Both the position numbers and the translations under genes were made by a program. Under the pieces are notes generated by a model, which was given only the letters and a program-made list of their open reading frames with translations, ran no database searches and was not told the origin of the DNA. From contig DAOQAT010000006.1 in the NCBI GenBank assembly GCA_035354195.1, forward strand, positions 12,842-76,841: 64,000 nt of DNA, in the 5' to 3' direction. This document shows, one piece after another, positions 1-9,258 of this stretch (positions are counted from its first letter, which is position 1; every line of letters starts with the position of its first letter). The stretch is from Bacteroidales bacterium. GTDB lineage: Bacteria; Bacteroidota; Bacteroidia; Bacteroidales; CAIWKO01.

Positions 1-1086
1 TGCACTGGTTGAATCAGAAAGTCCGGTTGAAGGTGACCAGGTATAGCTGGTTGCACCGCTGGCGTTTAATGTGGTGCTCTGGCCTTCGCAAATGGTGGCA
101 TCCGGGCCTGCATCCAGTGTAAAGACTCCTGATGCAGCCGAAATAATATAATCACATACACATCCTGCATTGCCGTCTATCATGAGGTAGTAAGTCTGAC
201 CGGGTGTAAGCCCCGTGGCGGTAATGGTGCCGCTGACTACGGATGCCGGATTCCAGCAGTTAGAAACCGAGGTGAAGTTATAACAATCGGTGGTAGTATA
301 CACTTCCATTTGTATCCCATAAGCGGTTGAACAGTTTGAAACATAAACGTTTAATACGGAAGTCGTAGCATCAGCAACAAAGGAGAGCCAGGAATTATTT
401 TCAATCGAACCACAAAAAACAGAACCAAGAGGAGCGCTGTCTTCATCAGTTGGGTCGGTAGGGCTGACGGTCGCTGTGTAGGTTGCGCTGGTATTTCCGC
501 AATACCCGTTCAGGTTGCAGATAGGAACTGCCGTTGAGCAGTAATCACCGGCAACGGGGTTTGAAGCACAGGGAGGAGGTGGAGGAATGCTGTATACACA
601 AAGTCCGAAAGTTCCATAAGTACCGCCTCCGTATTCCCAGAATCTGATAAATATGCTGGTGCCGGGGGTTAACCCACTTCTGTATATCATGGGCATGCTG
701 CCATTGCCGTCATTATCATCGCATTCGATAAGGGTCAGAGCGTTGCAACTGCCAGAGTAAATGGCCATACCACCATTGGTGATAACGCCGGCTTCGGTAT
801 CAAACATCAGGGTTCCTCCCGCAGGTACGATCACCTTAAACCAAACATCCGCTGCAGCCGTCGTATAGCTGGCACATGCCGGTAAAGGAGTGTTACTGGA
901 ATAAGTTGCCCCAACATTGGTATAGGTGATATATGAGCAGGATGTTCCAACCGGAATCCCCATGGCATTATCACATTCATCGTTTGAAATCTGGGCTTTC
1001 GCTGTTGAATTTATAAGAAGTAAAAGGGAAAACAAAAAAATGATTTGAAACCGCTTTGGGGACCTATTTAAATGGTGCGTTAACAT
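1..1086 (-). CDS. secreted adhesin-like protein, 3'-truncated by the window edge (N-terminal 362 aa present)
   Basis: Absent from the ORF track because it runs off the window. Manual minus-strand translation from the ATG at 1086 gives MLTHHLNRSPKRFQIIFLFSLLLLINSTAKAQISNDECDNAMGIPVGTSCSY... and stays open to position 1, checked codon by codon. It has a signal peptide, two Cys-rich domains and an IPPPPPC linker. It ends in TLDAGPDATICEGQSTTLNASGATSYTWSPSTGLSDSTSA, a motif type also present in the neighbouring 1276-aa adhesin. Confidence 0.7.
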   Translation of the reverse strand, partial: MLTHHLNRSPKRFQIIFLFSLLLLINSTAKAQISNDECDNAMGIPVGTSCSYITYTNVGATYSSNTPLPACASYTTAAADVWFKVIVPAGGTLMFDTEAGVITNGGMAIYSGSCNALTLIECDDNDGNGSMPMIYRSGLTPGTSIFIRFWEYGGGTYGTFGLCVYSIPPPPPCASNPVAGDYCSTAVPICNLNGYCGNTSATYTATVSPTDPTDEDSAPLGSVFCGSIENNSWLSFVADATTSVLNVYVSNCSTAYGIQMEVYTTTDCYNFTSVSNCWNPASVVSGTITATGLTPGQTYYLMIDGNAGCVCDYIISAASGVFTLDAGPDATICEGQSTTLNASGATSYTWSPSTGLSDSTSA

Positions 1087-1104
1087 TATAAAAGATAAAA
1101 AAGA

Positions 1105-1479
1105 TTAATTGATAGTGTTCATGTTAATTTCCTTGGGATCAATTATTTCCGCATCAATGGGGTTGCCAATCTGTTTCCATAATGATCGGATGTGTTCAAT
1201 GATTTTTTCCGTGTAGTTGAGGTCTTTTATTTCAACTTTACAGATACCTTTCTGGAAATCGGTGCTGGCAGATAGCACCAGGCCGGTTTTCATCAATACC
1301 TCATCAAGGGTTTTTGCGTTATCCTGATTGTTCAATCCATTGATTTTAAAATAAATAGTATCATTAACTGTAATGCAATAATTTTGGATAATCCCATTCG
1401 TTCTTTCATCCGTATTTTTTCCAAAACCAAATACAACAGAAATTAAAATTATAACGATACTCAGACTGATTTTTTTCAT
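1105..1479 (-). CDS. small secreted protein of unknown function (124 aa)
   Basis: ORF track. N-terminal hydrophobic signal MKKISLSIVIILISVVFGFG. Same strand as both adhesin genes and ends 18 nt upstream of the ATG at 1086. No family recognised. Confidence 0.5.
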   Translation of the reverse strand: MKKISLSIVIILISVVFGFGKNTDERTNGIIQNYCITVNDTIYFKINGLNNQDNAKTLDEVLMKTGLVLSASTDFQKGICKVEIKDLNYTEKIIEHIRSLWKQIGNPIDAEIIDPKEINMNTIN

Positions 1480-1729
1480 TTCAATAATTATAAAAACATA
1501 AAAGACAATGTATTACGAAAATAATAATTGCATTTGATCTGTTCTGCAAAAGTACAAAAAGTTGACTACATAGCCAAAAAAATTATGGGAAACTATGTTT
1601 TAAGTTATGGTAGTGACTTTATACCGCCAGGACATACAAAATGGGTCAGGATAAATAATAAAATCATGATACAGGCAAAGTATCAATTTTAATCCTTCCT
1701 TTAGTATATAGCAAGCTTATCTGATTATA

Positions 1730-4700
1730 TTATCTCAGCAATGTAACAGTACCGTTGGATCTATATTCCTTGGCGTCATAGCCATTGGCGCTGAATATAT
1801 AATAATAGATTCCGTCAGCTGCTTTCTGGCCATTAATAGTTCCATCCCATTCGCCGCCAACTTCACTCCATGAAAAAATCTGTTTTCCCCAGCGGTTATA
1901 TATCAACATTTCCTCAGTTTCGAGACCTTCGGATTCTACCCTGAATGTTTCATTTGCCCCGTCATTGTTAGGCGTGAAAACATTAGGAATGGTGACCTTG
2001 GAAGGTTCATGTACGGTGATAATTATTTGAACAGTGTCCGTACAGAAATCCGGAGCGCCGGTACTCACAATCAGCACAACGGTATATTCTCCTGTGGCTG
2101 TGTATGAGTGTGATGGGTTTGGAGAATTGGAAGTAGTGCCGTCACCAAAGTCCCAAAGGTAATCAACCGCCCCGCTTCCTGTGAAATAAAACTGAACGGA
2201 CGTTGGTAAAAAAACAGTTTGTGCATCTGCGTATGCATCAGCATTTATGGGCGAATTGGTGCTGATCGTTGCAGAACCGGTTATGGTACAATTGTTTGAA
2301 TCACTTACGGTGACTGTATAATTGCCTGTACAAAGATTTAATACCTCTGAAGTATTCGAAACGGCACCGGTCCAATTATACTGATAGGGTTGAATTCCTC
2401 CGGTAACATTTACACTAACAGAACCATCACAGCTGTTGGTACATCCTTCATTTTCGTATGTGACGTCAATATCCAGGGCTGTGGGCTGAATGATCTGCAC
2501 GGTATCATATATTATACATCCCAGGTTATCAGTAATGGTAACATAAAATGTTCCGGCAGGAACGTTTGTTGCTGTCTGTCCCGTTTGTGCAGGTGAAGTA
2601 CTCCACAAATAGGTATAAGGTGTTGATCCGTTTATCGGGTAGACAGTGGCAGTGCCGTTACTTTGTCCGTTACATAGGACATCGGTCGTTGTCGGATTGT
2701 TTGTGCTGATATTACTGACCAGTACAGTATGTAAAGTTTGTGTTGATACACAATTGTTTTCTGAAACGGTAAGTGTTATGTCGTAACTTCCGGGTGATGT
2801 CCAGGTTACCTGGTGCGGGCCCTGACCTGAGCCAGGGACAGCGCTACCTCCTGAGAATCCCCATGTGTAAGTTGCCCCCGAAGACCCTGTTCCTGTGTAA
2901 GTAACGGTAGCCGTATTACCAACGCAGTTTGGCGACGATATGGTAAAATCAGAGGTAGGAGCAGGATTAACGGTAACGGAAACTGTAAATGTAGCTCCGT
3001 TACATGTTCCTGCAGTTGGGGTTACCGTGTATACCACAGTTATCGGAGCATTCGTGGTGTTGATTAACGTGCCACTGATGTTGGCTGCGTTTGATCCTGC
3101 AGCAGTACCTGTAATTCCAGCCACAACAGGTGCCGACCAGCTATAAGTTGTTCCAGTGGGGACTACACCATTGGTTATATCTACCGGGCTTGCAGTGAAC
3201 GTGCCTTGGCTGCATATAGTATCTGTCATATTAGTGACGGCAGGTTGCGGGTTAACAGTAATGGTAACTGTAAAGGCAGCCCCTGTGCAGGTTCCTGAAG
3301 CAGGAGTTACCGTATAAACTACGTTTATCGGTGAGCTTGTCGAATTGGTTAATGTGCCGCTTATATTTGAAGCATTTGTCCCTGCAGCTGTCCCGGTGAT
3401 TCCTGCCACAACTGGCGCTGGCCAGGTGTAAGAGGTTCCGGCAGGTACAATGCCATTGGTTCCATTCAAAGGTGTTGCAGTGAAAGTTTCTCCGCTGCAT
3501 ATTGATGCTGTCATATTGGTAATAGCGGGTGCCGGATTAACAGTAACGGTTACTGTAAAAGGACTACCTGTGCATGTTCCTGTTTGGGGAGTAATCGTAT
3601 AAACCACATTTACCGGGGCATTGGTTGTATTGGCCAAAGTCCCGCTAATAGTTGCGGCATTCGAACCTGATGCAGTACCGGTGATTCCGGAAGCAACAGG
3701 TGCCGGCCAACTGTAAGTAGTTCCTGTCGGGACAACTCCATTGGTTCCATTGACCGGTGTTGCAGAGAATGTACCACCGCTGCAAATGGTCGTAGTCATA
3801 GCAGTGACAGCGGGCGCCGGATTAACCGTAACCGTGATGGTAAAAGGAGCACCTGTACAGGTCCCGGAAGTTGGGGTAACGGTATAATCAACATTGATCG
3901 GATTATCGGTTGTATTGTTTAAAGTTCCGCTAATGGTTCCTGCATTTGTTCCTGCGGCTGTGCCTGTAATTCCAGTCGCAACAGGTGCCGGCCAGCTATA
4001 GGTAGTTCCTGAAGGAACAATTCCATTGGTTCCGTTTGCTGGACTTGACGTGAATGTTCCACCACTGCATATGGTTGCAGTCATGTTGGTAATGGCAGGG
4101 ACAGGGTTTACCGTAACGGTCACCGTAAACGGGTTTCCTGTACAGCTTCCCACCTGCGGTGTGACTGTATAAACCACATTTATAGGGGTATTTGTTGTAT
4201 TGGTTAAGGTGCCGCTGATGTCTGCTGCATTGGATCCGGCAGCAGCACCGGTAATTCCGGTAACACTGGGAGCTGGCCAGCTATAGGTAGTTCCGGCAGG
4301 AACAACTCCATTGGTGCCATTCACCGGGCTTGATGTAAAAGTTCCCCCGCTGCAAATGGATGCTGTCATATTAGTCACATCAGGATTTGGATTTACAGTA
4401 ACAGTTATTTGATTTGTAGAGGTGCATCCTGGCGATATTCCCGTAACAGAATATGTTGTAGTGGTTGTTGGTGATGCCGTAACGGTTGACCCGGTGGTTT
4501 GATTCAATCCGGTAGCGGGCGACCATGTATACGTGTCAGATCCTGAAGCCGTAAGGTTGATAGACCCATTAACACAAATAGCCGGGTTGGCCGGAGCCAG
4601 GCTTACACCGCCACTGGCAAGTGAAACGGTAACATTGTCGGTAACGGTTACATCATTTCCTACACAGCAATCATAGACTACTTGTGCAGTATAGGTCGTT

Positions 4701-5560
4701 GCGGAACTGGGGCAGACATTGACGGTCGCCCCGGTACCTATTTGTGTTGCGCCTTGCCACCACGTAAGGGTGTAGTTCGGGCTTCCGGCAGGAGTAAAAC
4801 GCCAGGCTTCATTGCTTGCAGTCCATTGCGAAGTGTTTCTTCCGGGAGCAGTAATACCAAGGGTCCCGTCAGGATTCTGTATGCCCACGATGGCATTACC
4901 GCCATTCCAGGATGTGCATAGAGGTTTGTTCTGGATGTATACTTCAATAACATTCGTGCTCTCATATAGAACGATTTGATGAGTAGCCAGCATGCTATTG
5001 CATTCAGTAGAAAACATGGCAATCTCGTTCCAACTCACAACATATGTCCGGCATGGGTATGAACCTAATATGGCATAATACATCTGCCCGGTAACGGCGG
5101 GATCTATATCATGATATGGCCCGAAAATATTTCCTGCAGGGATGAGGTCAGGAGAAGGACAAGAGGCAGAATATGACCACTCACAGAACGTACCCGCATC
5201 ACCAGTGGCAAATGAAAGAACACCGTTTGAACCTGCAATTATCTGGGTATAACTAACCCCGTAAAAACAAAAAGCAAAAGGAAGGGTGATGACACTGCTC
5301 CAGGTGTCATCAATATTCACCAGGATGGCAGTTCCCGTATTGTAAGCATAGGGAGGTGCATAGGGAATTGATGAAACAGTATAAGTTGTTGTGGCTCCGG
5401 TTGCAAGGCAACTTGCCGTCAGGTTTGTACAGTTTGTTCCGCAATCCAGGGTTACATTATTGCCGGCTTCAACACTGGGGCAACCTGGCTGAGCTTGCAG
5501 ACCCTGAATAATTGCAAAAAGAAATATGTTTGTAAAAAGTAAAGATTTAATAAGTTTCAT
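1730..5560 (-). CDS. 1276-aa cell-surface adhesin with PKD-like tandem modules, SprB-type repeats, a PKD domain and a T9SS type-B (gliding-motility-associated) C-terminal sorting domain
   Basis: Signal peptide MKLIKSLLFTNIFLFAIIQGLQAQ. Five 95-aa modules. SprB-like repeats (TDVLCNGQSNGTATV.., EGCTNSCDGSVSVNVTGGIQPYQYNW). PKD signature WDFGDGTTSNSPNPSHSYTATGEYTV. C-terminus IPNVFTPNNDGANETF...YNRWGKQIF...WDGTINGQKAADGIYYYI...GTVTLLR matches the type-B CTD pattern. Confidence 0.9.
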   Translation of the reverse strand: MKLIKSLLFTNIFLFAIIQGLQAQPGCPSVEAGNNVTLDCGTNCTNLTASCLATGATTTYTVSSIPYAPPYAYNTGTAILVNIDDTWSSVITLPFAFCFYGVSYTQIIAGSNGVLSFATGDAGTFCEWSYSASCPSPDLIPAGNIFGPYHDIDPAVTGQMYYAILGSYPCRTYVVSWNEIAMFSTECNSMLATHQIVLYESTNVIEVYIQNKPLCTSWNGGNAIVGIQNPDGTLGITAPGRNTSQWTASNEAWRFTPAGSPNYTLTWWQGATQIGTGATVNVCPSSATTYTAQVVYDCCVGNDVTVTDNVTVSLASGGVSLAPANPAICVNGSINLTASGSDTYTWSPATGLNQTTGSTVTASPTTTTTYSVTGISPGCTSTNQITVTVNPNPDVTNMTASICSGGTFTSSPVNGTNGVVPAGTTYSWPAPSVTGITGAAAGSNAADISGTLTNTTNTPINVVYTVTPQVGSCTGNPFTVTVTVNPVPAITNMTATICSGGTFTSSPANGTNGIVPSGTTYSWPAPVATGITGTAAGTNAGTISGTLNNTTDNPINVDYTVTPTSGTCTGAPFTITVTVNPAPAVTAMTTTICSGGTFSATPVNGTNGVVPTGTTYSWPAPVASGITGTASGSNAATISGTLANTTNAPVNVVYTITPQTGTCTGSPFTVTVTVNPAPAITNMTASICSGETFTATPLNGTNGIVPAGTSYTWPAPVVAGITGTAAGTNASNISGTLTNSTSSPINVVYTVTPASGTCTGAAFTVTITVNPQPAVTNMTDTICSQGTFTASPVDITNGVVPTGTTYSWSAPVVAGITGTAAGSNAANISGTLINTTNAPITVVYTVTPTAGTCNGATFTVSVTVNPAPTSDFTISSPNCVGNTATVTYTGTGSSGATYTWGFSGGSAVPGSGQGPHQVTWTSPGSYDITLTVSENNCVSTQTLHTVLVSNISTNNPTTTDVLCNGQSNGTATVYPINGSTPYTYLWSTSPAQTGQTATNVPAGTFYVTITDNLGCIIYDTVQIIQPTALDIDVTYENEGCTNSCDGSVSVNVTGGIQPYQYNWTGAVSNTSEVLNLCTGNYTVTVSDSNNCTITGSATISTNSPINADAYADAQTVFLPTSVQFYFTGSGAVDYLWDFGDGTTSNSPNPSHSYTATGEYTVVLIVSTGAPDFCTDTVQIIITVHEPSKVTIPNVFTPNNDGANETFRVESEGLETEEMLIYNRWGKQIFSWSEVGGEWDGTINGQKAADGIYYYIFSANGYDAKEYRSNGTVTLLR
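2969..4393 (-). repeat. five in-frame tandem repeats of 285 nt (95-aa modules) inside the adhesin CDS
   Basis: Modules start NP(N/V/A/Q)P and end FT(V/I)(T/S)(V/I)TV. All are exactly 95 aa with no indels. Recurring nucleotide strings such as ggattaac(a/c)gtaac(g/c)gt appear every 285 nt near 2965, 3250, 3535, 3820 and 4105. Confidence 0.9.
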
Positions 5561-5628
5561 GCTCTTTTTTTGATTTGTTAATAATAATTAGCAGGACGAA
5601 AAAAATACACCTTTAGTTGCCTTTAAAA

Positions 5629-5636
5629 CAAAATTA
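5629..5636 (-). promoter_or_regulatory. Bacteroidota -7 promoter box TAATTTTG (consensus TAnnTTTG) upstream of the adhesin gene
   Basis: The plus strand reads caaaatta. About 69 nt upstream of the ATG at 5560. The motif can occur by chance in AT-rich DNA. Confidence 0.35.
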
Positions 5637-5664
5637 TTTATAAAGTTTTATGAAATTTTAAATA

Positions 5665-5672
5665 TAATTTTG
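5665..5672 (+). promoter_or_regulatory. -7 promoter box TAATTTTG upstream of the DUF2461 gene
   Basis: Matches TAnnTTTG, 38 nt upstream of the ATG at 5710. Confidence 0.4.
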
Positions 5673-5709
5673 TAAAAATAAATAATTTTTGAAATAAAAA
5701 TTAAATACA

Positions 5710-6363
5710 ATGACTAATTTAATAATTGAATTTTTAAAAGAGTTATCGGAAAATAATAATCGCGAATGGTTTGCAGCGAATAAACAAAAATATGAGGCCG
5801 CAAAGAATGCCTTTGTAAGGTTAATAACACCGGTGCATGGAGCAATTTCGGTTTTTGATGCTGAAATCAGGGGAATTAAACCACAGGACTGTATGTTCAG
5901 GATATACAGGGATGTTAGGTTCTCAAAAGATAAATCGCCGTATAAAACAAATTTTGGAGCTTATTTTAATAAAAATGGAAAGAAAATCCACAATGCAGGT
6001 TATTATTTTCACATAGAACCCGGTAATTGTTTTTTATCCGGTGGCATATACATGCCTCCACCACCATTATTAAAATCTTTACGCCAGGAAGTGTATTATA
6101 ATTTTGATGAGTTTAAAAAAATTATTTCCGGTAAGAAATTCAGAGATTTTTTTGGTGATGTCACTGGTGATAAGCTACTAAGACTTCCTCCTGAGTTTCC
6201 AAAAGAATTTCCAGGTTCGGAATACCTTAAACTTAAAGATTATTATGTTGTTCATAATTACAATCCAACTGATTTCACCGAAAAAGAACTTATCAGTTAT
6301 GTCTCCAAGGTTTTTAAAGAGGCCAAACCATTAAATGATTTTCTTAACAGGGCAGTATCCTGA
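5710..6363 (+). CDS. DUF2461 (TIGR02453) family protein
   Basis: N-terminus FLKELSENNNREWFAANKQKYEAAKNAF and the motif YRDVRFSKDKSPYKTNFGA are characteristic of this family. Confidence 0.75.
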   Translation: MTNLIIEFLKELSENNNREWFAANKQKYEAAKNAFVRLITPVHGAISVFDAEIRGIKPQDCMFRIYRDVRFSKDKSPYKTNFGAYFNKNGKKIHNAGYYFHIEPGNCFLSGGIYMPPPPLLKSLRQEVYYNFDEFKKIISGKKFRDFFGDVTGDKLLRLPPEFPKEFPGSEYLKLKDYYVVHNYNPTDFTEKELISYVSKVFKEAKPLNDFLNRAVS

Positions 6364-6414
6364 TAAAAAAATGGTCGTTTTAAAAAAAAATATTTTATTT
6401 TGCTAAAAAAAACA

Positions 6415-7194
6415 ATGACCCAAGGAATTTGCATTTTAAGTGTTGTCCCTGTGCATTCAGAACCATCTGATAAATCTGAAATAGTTACTCAACTGTTGTT
6501 TGGAGAAATGTTTCATGTGACAGAGTTGATAGGATCATGGCTCAAAATTTCCACCGTATTTGATGCATATGAAGGATGGATAGATAGAAAACAATGTTGT
6601 TTCCTGACGGCAGATGAATTCGCTGGTTTGAATAAGGATAACAGTTGTGTTGTGACGGATATTGTGCAATTGATTTTTAATAAAACCCTGAATTTTTATT
6701 TTCCTATTGTAATGGGCAGCAGTTTGCCTTCCTTGTCAGAAAAAAGCATGACCATTGCCGGTTATGAGTATGTATATGATTCGGGATGCTCAAATACATC
6801 AAACAAGACTAACGGTGCGAAAATAACGGAATATGCCAAGCATTATTTGAACGCACCTTATATGTGGGGAGGAAAAACTCCCTTTGGAATAGATTGTTCA
6901 GGTTTTACCCAGATGGTCATGAAGTTGTGTGGCATATACATTTCCCGTGATGCTGCCCAGCAATCGGTGCAGGGTAAAGCCATTGATTTTATTTCAGAAG
7001 CCATGCCAGGCGATCTTGCTTTTTTTGAAAATGATCAAAACCAGATTGTTCATACCGGTATTATTTTGTTCAACCAAAAAATTATTCACGCATCCGGAAA
7101 AGTCCGGATAGATGAAATAGACCATGAAGGGATCTTTAATAATGATCTGCATTGCTATACTCACAAACTACGTTTTATCCGGCGGTTTATATAG
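6415..7194 (+). CDS. NlpC/P60 (C40) family peptidoglycan peptidase with an N-terminal SH3-like region
   Basis: YMWGGKTPFGIDCSGFTQMV (catalytic Cys), then IVHTGIIL and IIHASG (His). ATG at 6415 is preferred over the in-frame TTG at 6400 used by the ORF track. Confidence 0.8.
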   Translation: MTQGICILSVVPVHSEPSDKSEIVTQLLFGEMFHVTELIGSWLKISTVFDAYEGWIDRKQCCFLTADEFAGLNKDNSCVVTDIVQLIFNKTLNFYFPIVMGSSLPSLSEKSMTIAGYEYVYDSGCSNTSNKTNGAKITEYAKHYLNAPYMWGGKTPFGIDCSGFTQMVMKLCGIYISRDAAQQSVQGKAIDFISEAMPGDLAFFENDQNQIVHTGIILFNQKIIHASGKVRIDEIDHEGIFNNDLHCYTHKLRFIRRFI

Positions 7195-7230
7195 AATGTT
7201 GACTGGCATAATAATTGAATCCGGAGTTTT

Positions 7231-7238
7231 TATATTTG
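7231..7238 (+). promoter_or_regulatory. -7 promoter box TATATTTG
   Basis: Exact TAnnTTTG ending 8 nt before the ATG at 7246, which implies a very short or leaderless mRNA. Confidence 0.4.
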
Positions 7239-7245
7239 TCCACAC

Positions 7246-7833
7246 ATGAAAAAGCATATAATTCTATTATTATTTCTTCTGTCTTTTGGTTGCCATAATG
7301 TTAATGCACAGGATACCACCAGCATTGTAACCCGTGCGATCATTATCAATGGAGATACGTTGCCTATTATGTCGCTGACTGAAGTAAAAATTTTCGGGCC
7401 GGTGATTTTTGCCAATAAATATGAAGCACTGCGATTCTCAAAACTCGTGTATCATGTAAAAAAAGTATACCCCTATGCCAAAATAGTGAGTGTAAAAGTT
7501 TTGGAGTATAATTATATCATCAACAAAGCATCCTCCAGGAAAGAACGGAAACAACTCATGAAACAGGCCGAGGAGGAGCTAATTGCACAATTTGAAGATG
7601 ATATAAAAAACATGAGTGAATTACAGGGTGAAATACTCATCAAACTCATCGATCGTGAAACCGGTTCTTCGTCCTACGATCTTATCAAAGAATTCAGAGG
7701 AGGGATCGTAGCGTCACTTTACCAGAGCTTCGGGAGGTTGTTTGGGTACAACCTTAAATCAACGTATGACCCGCTGGGTAAGGACAAGGACATAGAACAG
7801 ATTGTTGTAATGATAGAAAACGGGGAGTTGTAA
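7246..7833 (+). CDS. DUF4294-like secreted protein
   Basis: Signal peptide MKKHIILLLFLLSFGCHNVNAQ. The conserved block LTEVKIFGPVIFANKYEALRFSKLVYHVKKVYPYAKI resembles the Bacteroidota DUF4294 family. Confidence 0.6.
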   Translation: MKKHIILLLFLLSFGCHNVNAQDTTSIVTRAIIINGDTLPIMSLTEVKIFGPVIFANKYEALRFSKLVYHVKKVYPYAKIVSVKVLEYNYIINKASSRKERKQLMKQAEEELIAQFEDDIKNMSELQGEILIKLIDRETGSSSYDLIKEFRGGIVASLYQSFGRLFGYNLKSTYDPLGKDKDIEQIVVMIENGEL

Positions 7834-9258
7834 CTATTTTCCGCGGCCTTGCAATATGATAAGGGCGGTGTAAATCATGATCTTAAAATCAACAGCCAGC
7901 GTCATGTTTTCGATATACAAAACATCAAATTTTAAACGTTCAACCATTTGATCGACGGTTTCGGCATAACCGTATTTTACCTGTCCCCACGAAGTAATTC
8001 CCGGCTTTACTTTATGCAAAAGTTTATAGTGAGGCGCTTTCTGGACGATCTGGTTGATGTAAAACAGTCTTTCGGGCCGTGGGCCTACTATCGACATGTT
8101 TCCTTTCAACACATTATAAAATTGAGGGATCTCATCCAGGCGGACTTTTCGCATAAAACGGCCAAAAGGTGTTATGCGATGATCGTTCTTACTCGAAAGC
8201 TGTGGCCCTTCTTTTTCTGCATCCACATACATCGAACGGAATTTATACATGGTAAAAGGTTTGCCATGAAGGCCGATGCGTTCGTGCGAATAAAACACGG
8301 GGCCTTTTGATGATAATTTTACGCCCAAAGAAACCAGCAAATAAGCCGGTGATAGAATCAACATGAAAATCAGAGAACCAACAACGTCAATACCCCTTTT
8401 AATATAGCGTTGCCAGGCGGGCATGAGTTCCGGGGATATCTGTATCAATGGTGCATGAAAGATAGATGTCATTTTAACGCTTCCAAGCAGGAAGTCTTTC
8501 ATGTCGGGAATGATCTTGATAACCACGTGTGTATCTTCAAGCGAAGAAATGATCTGCTCCACAAAAGAATGTTCTTTTTTATCAATGGCAATAATTACTT
8601 CTTCAATTTCATATTCCGCGATGATGTTTTTTAGGTTTGTGTAATTACCCAAGTGTGGAAGATATTTCTCCATCGGATGTTGATCACCGTTATGCACATC
8701 AATAAATCCGACAAATTTATTACCGGATGATTTCCATTGGCTTTCAATTTCATTATAGATGGCCACGGCATTGCCGTTACTGCCAATCAGCAAGGTGTTA
8801 AAACCAATTATTTTATGGTGTATTTTGTATGCAGTCTGTGACGAAAATATTAAACGCCATGTAAACGTGAATGAAAAATGTAAAATAAAAATAACAAAGA
8901 AATACAGGTAATAATTTTTATATGAAACAACCTGATCATCCAGTATGAACAGGAAGAAAATGACGATCATCCCGATCAGCGAGATCAGGAATGTCTGCCC
9001 AAGTTCTTTTAATCGTGATTTTCTGAAGATTTTCTGATAAGTACCCGTGATAAAATATAAGACAAACCAGAACACCAAAATGAATGCAAGGCCGATATAC
9101 AGGTTTTTATCAGCAAAGATCTGATCAGGATTGTCAAATACTTTGGAGTTGACATGATATTTACGATAAATAAAAAATAATACCCAGGCTGCTCCTGCAG
9201 ATAATGCATCGGCAATAACATACTTGAGTACCTGAACTTTTTTATTCATTTCTGTCAT
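7834..9258 (-). CDS. polyprenyl-phosphate glycosyl-1-phosphate transferase (WbaP/EpsB-type bacterial sugar transferase)
   Basis: N-terminal TM helices. C-terminal domain with KGPVFYSHERIGLHGKPFTMYKFRSM, DEIPQFYNVLKGNMSIVGPRPE and KPGITSWGQV. Confidence 0.85.
   Translation of the reverse strand: MTEMNKKVQVLKYVIADALSAGAAWVLFFIYRKYHVNSKVFDNPDQIFADKNLYIGLAFILVFWFVLYFITGTYQKIFRKSRLKELGQTFLISLIGMIVIFFLFILDDQVVSYKNYYLYFFVIFILHFSFTFTWRLIFSSQTAYKIHHKIIGFNTLLIGSNGNAVAIYNEIESQWKSSGNKFVGFIDVHNGDQHPMEKYLPHLGNYTNLKNIIAEYEIEEVIIAIDKKEHSFVEQIISSLEDTHVVIKIIPDMKDFLLGSVKMTSIFHAPLIQISPELMPAWQRYIKRGIDVVGSLIFMLILSPAYLLVSLGVKLSSKGPVFYSHERIGLHGKPFTMYKFRSMYVDAEKEGPQLSSKNDHRITPFGRFMRKVRLDEIPQFYNVLKGNMSIVGPRPERLFYINQIVQKAPHYKLLHKVKPGITSWGQVKYGYAETVDQMVERLKFDVLYIENMTLAVDFKIMIYTALIILQGRGK

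Noticed and set aside
2969-4393. The 5 x 285-nt repeats as a mobile element, IS remnants or a DGR variable region
   Set aside because: The repeats are perfectly in frame, encode a coherent 95-aa domain, and sit inside one uninterrupted 1276-aa ORF. This is ordinary domain amplification, even if recombination-prone.
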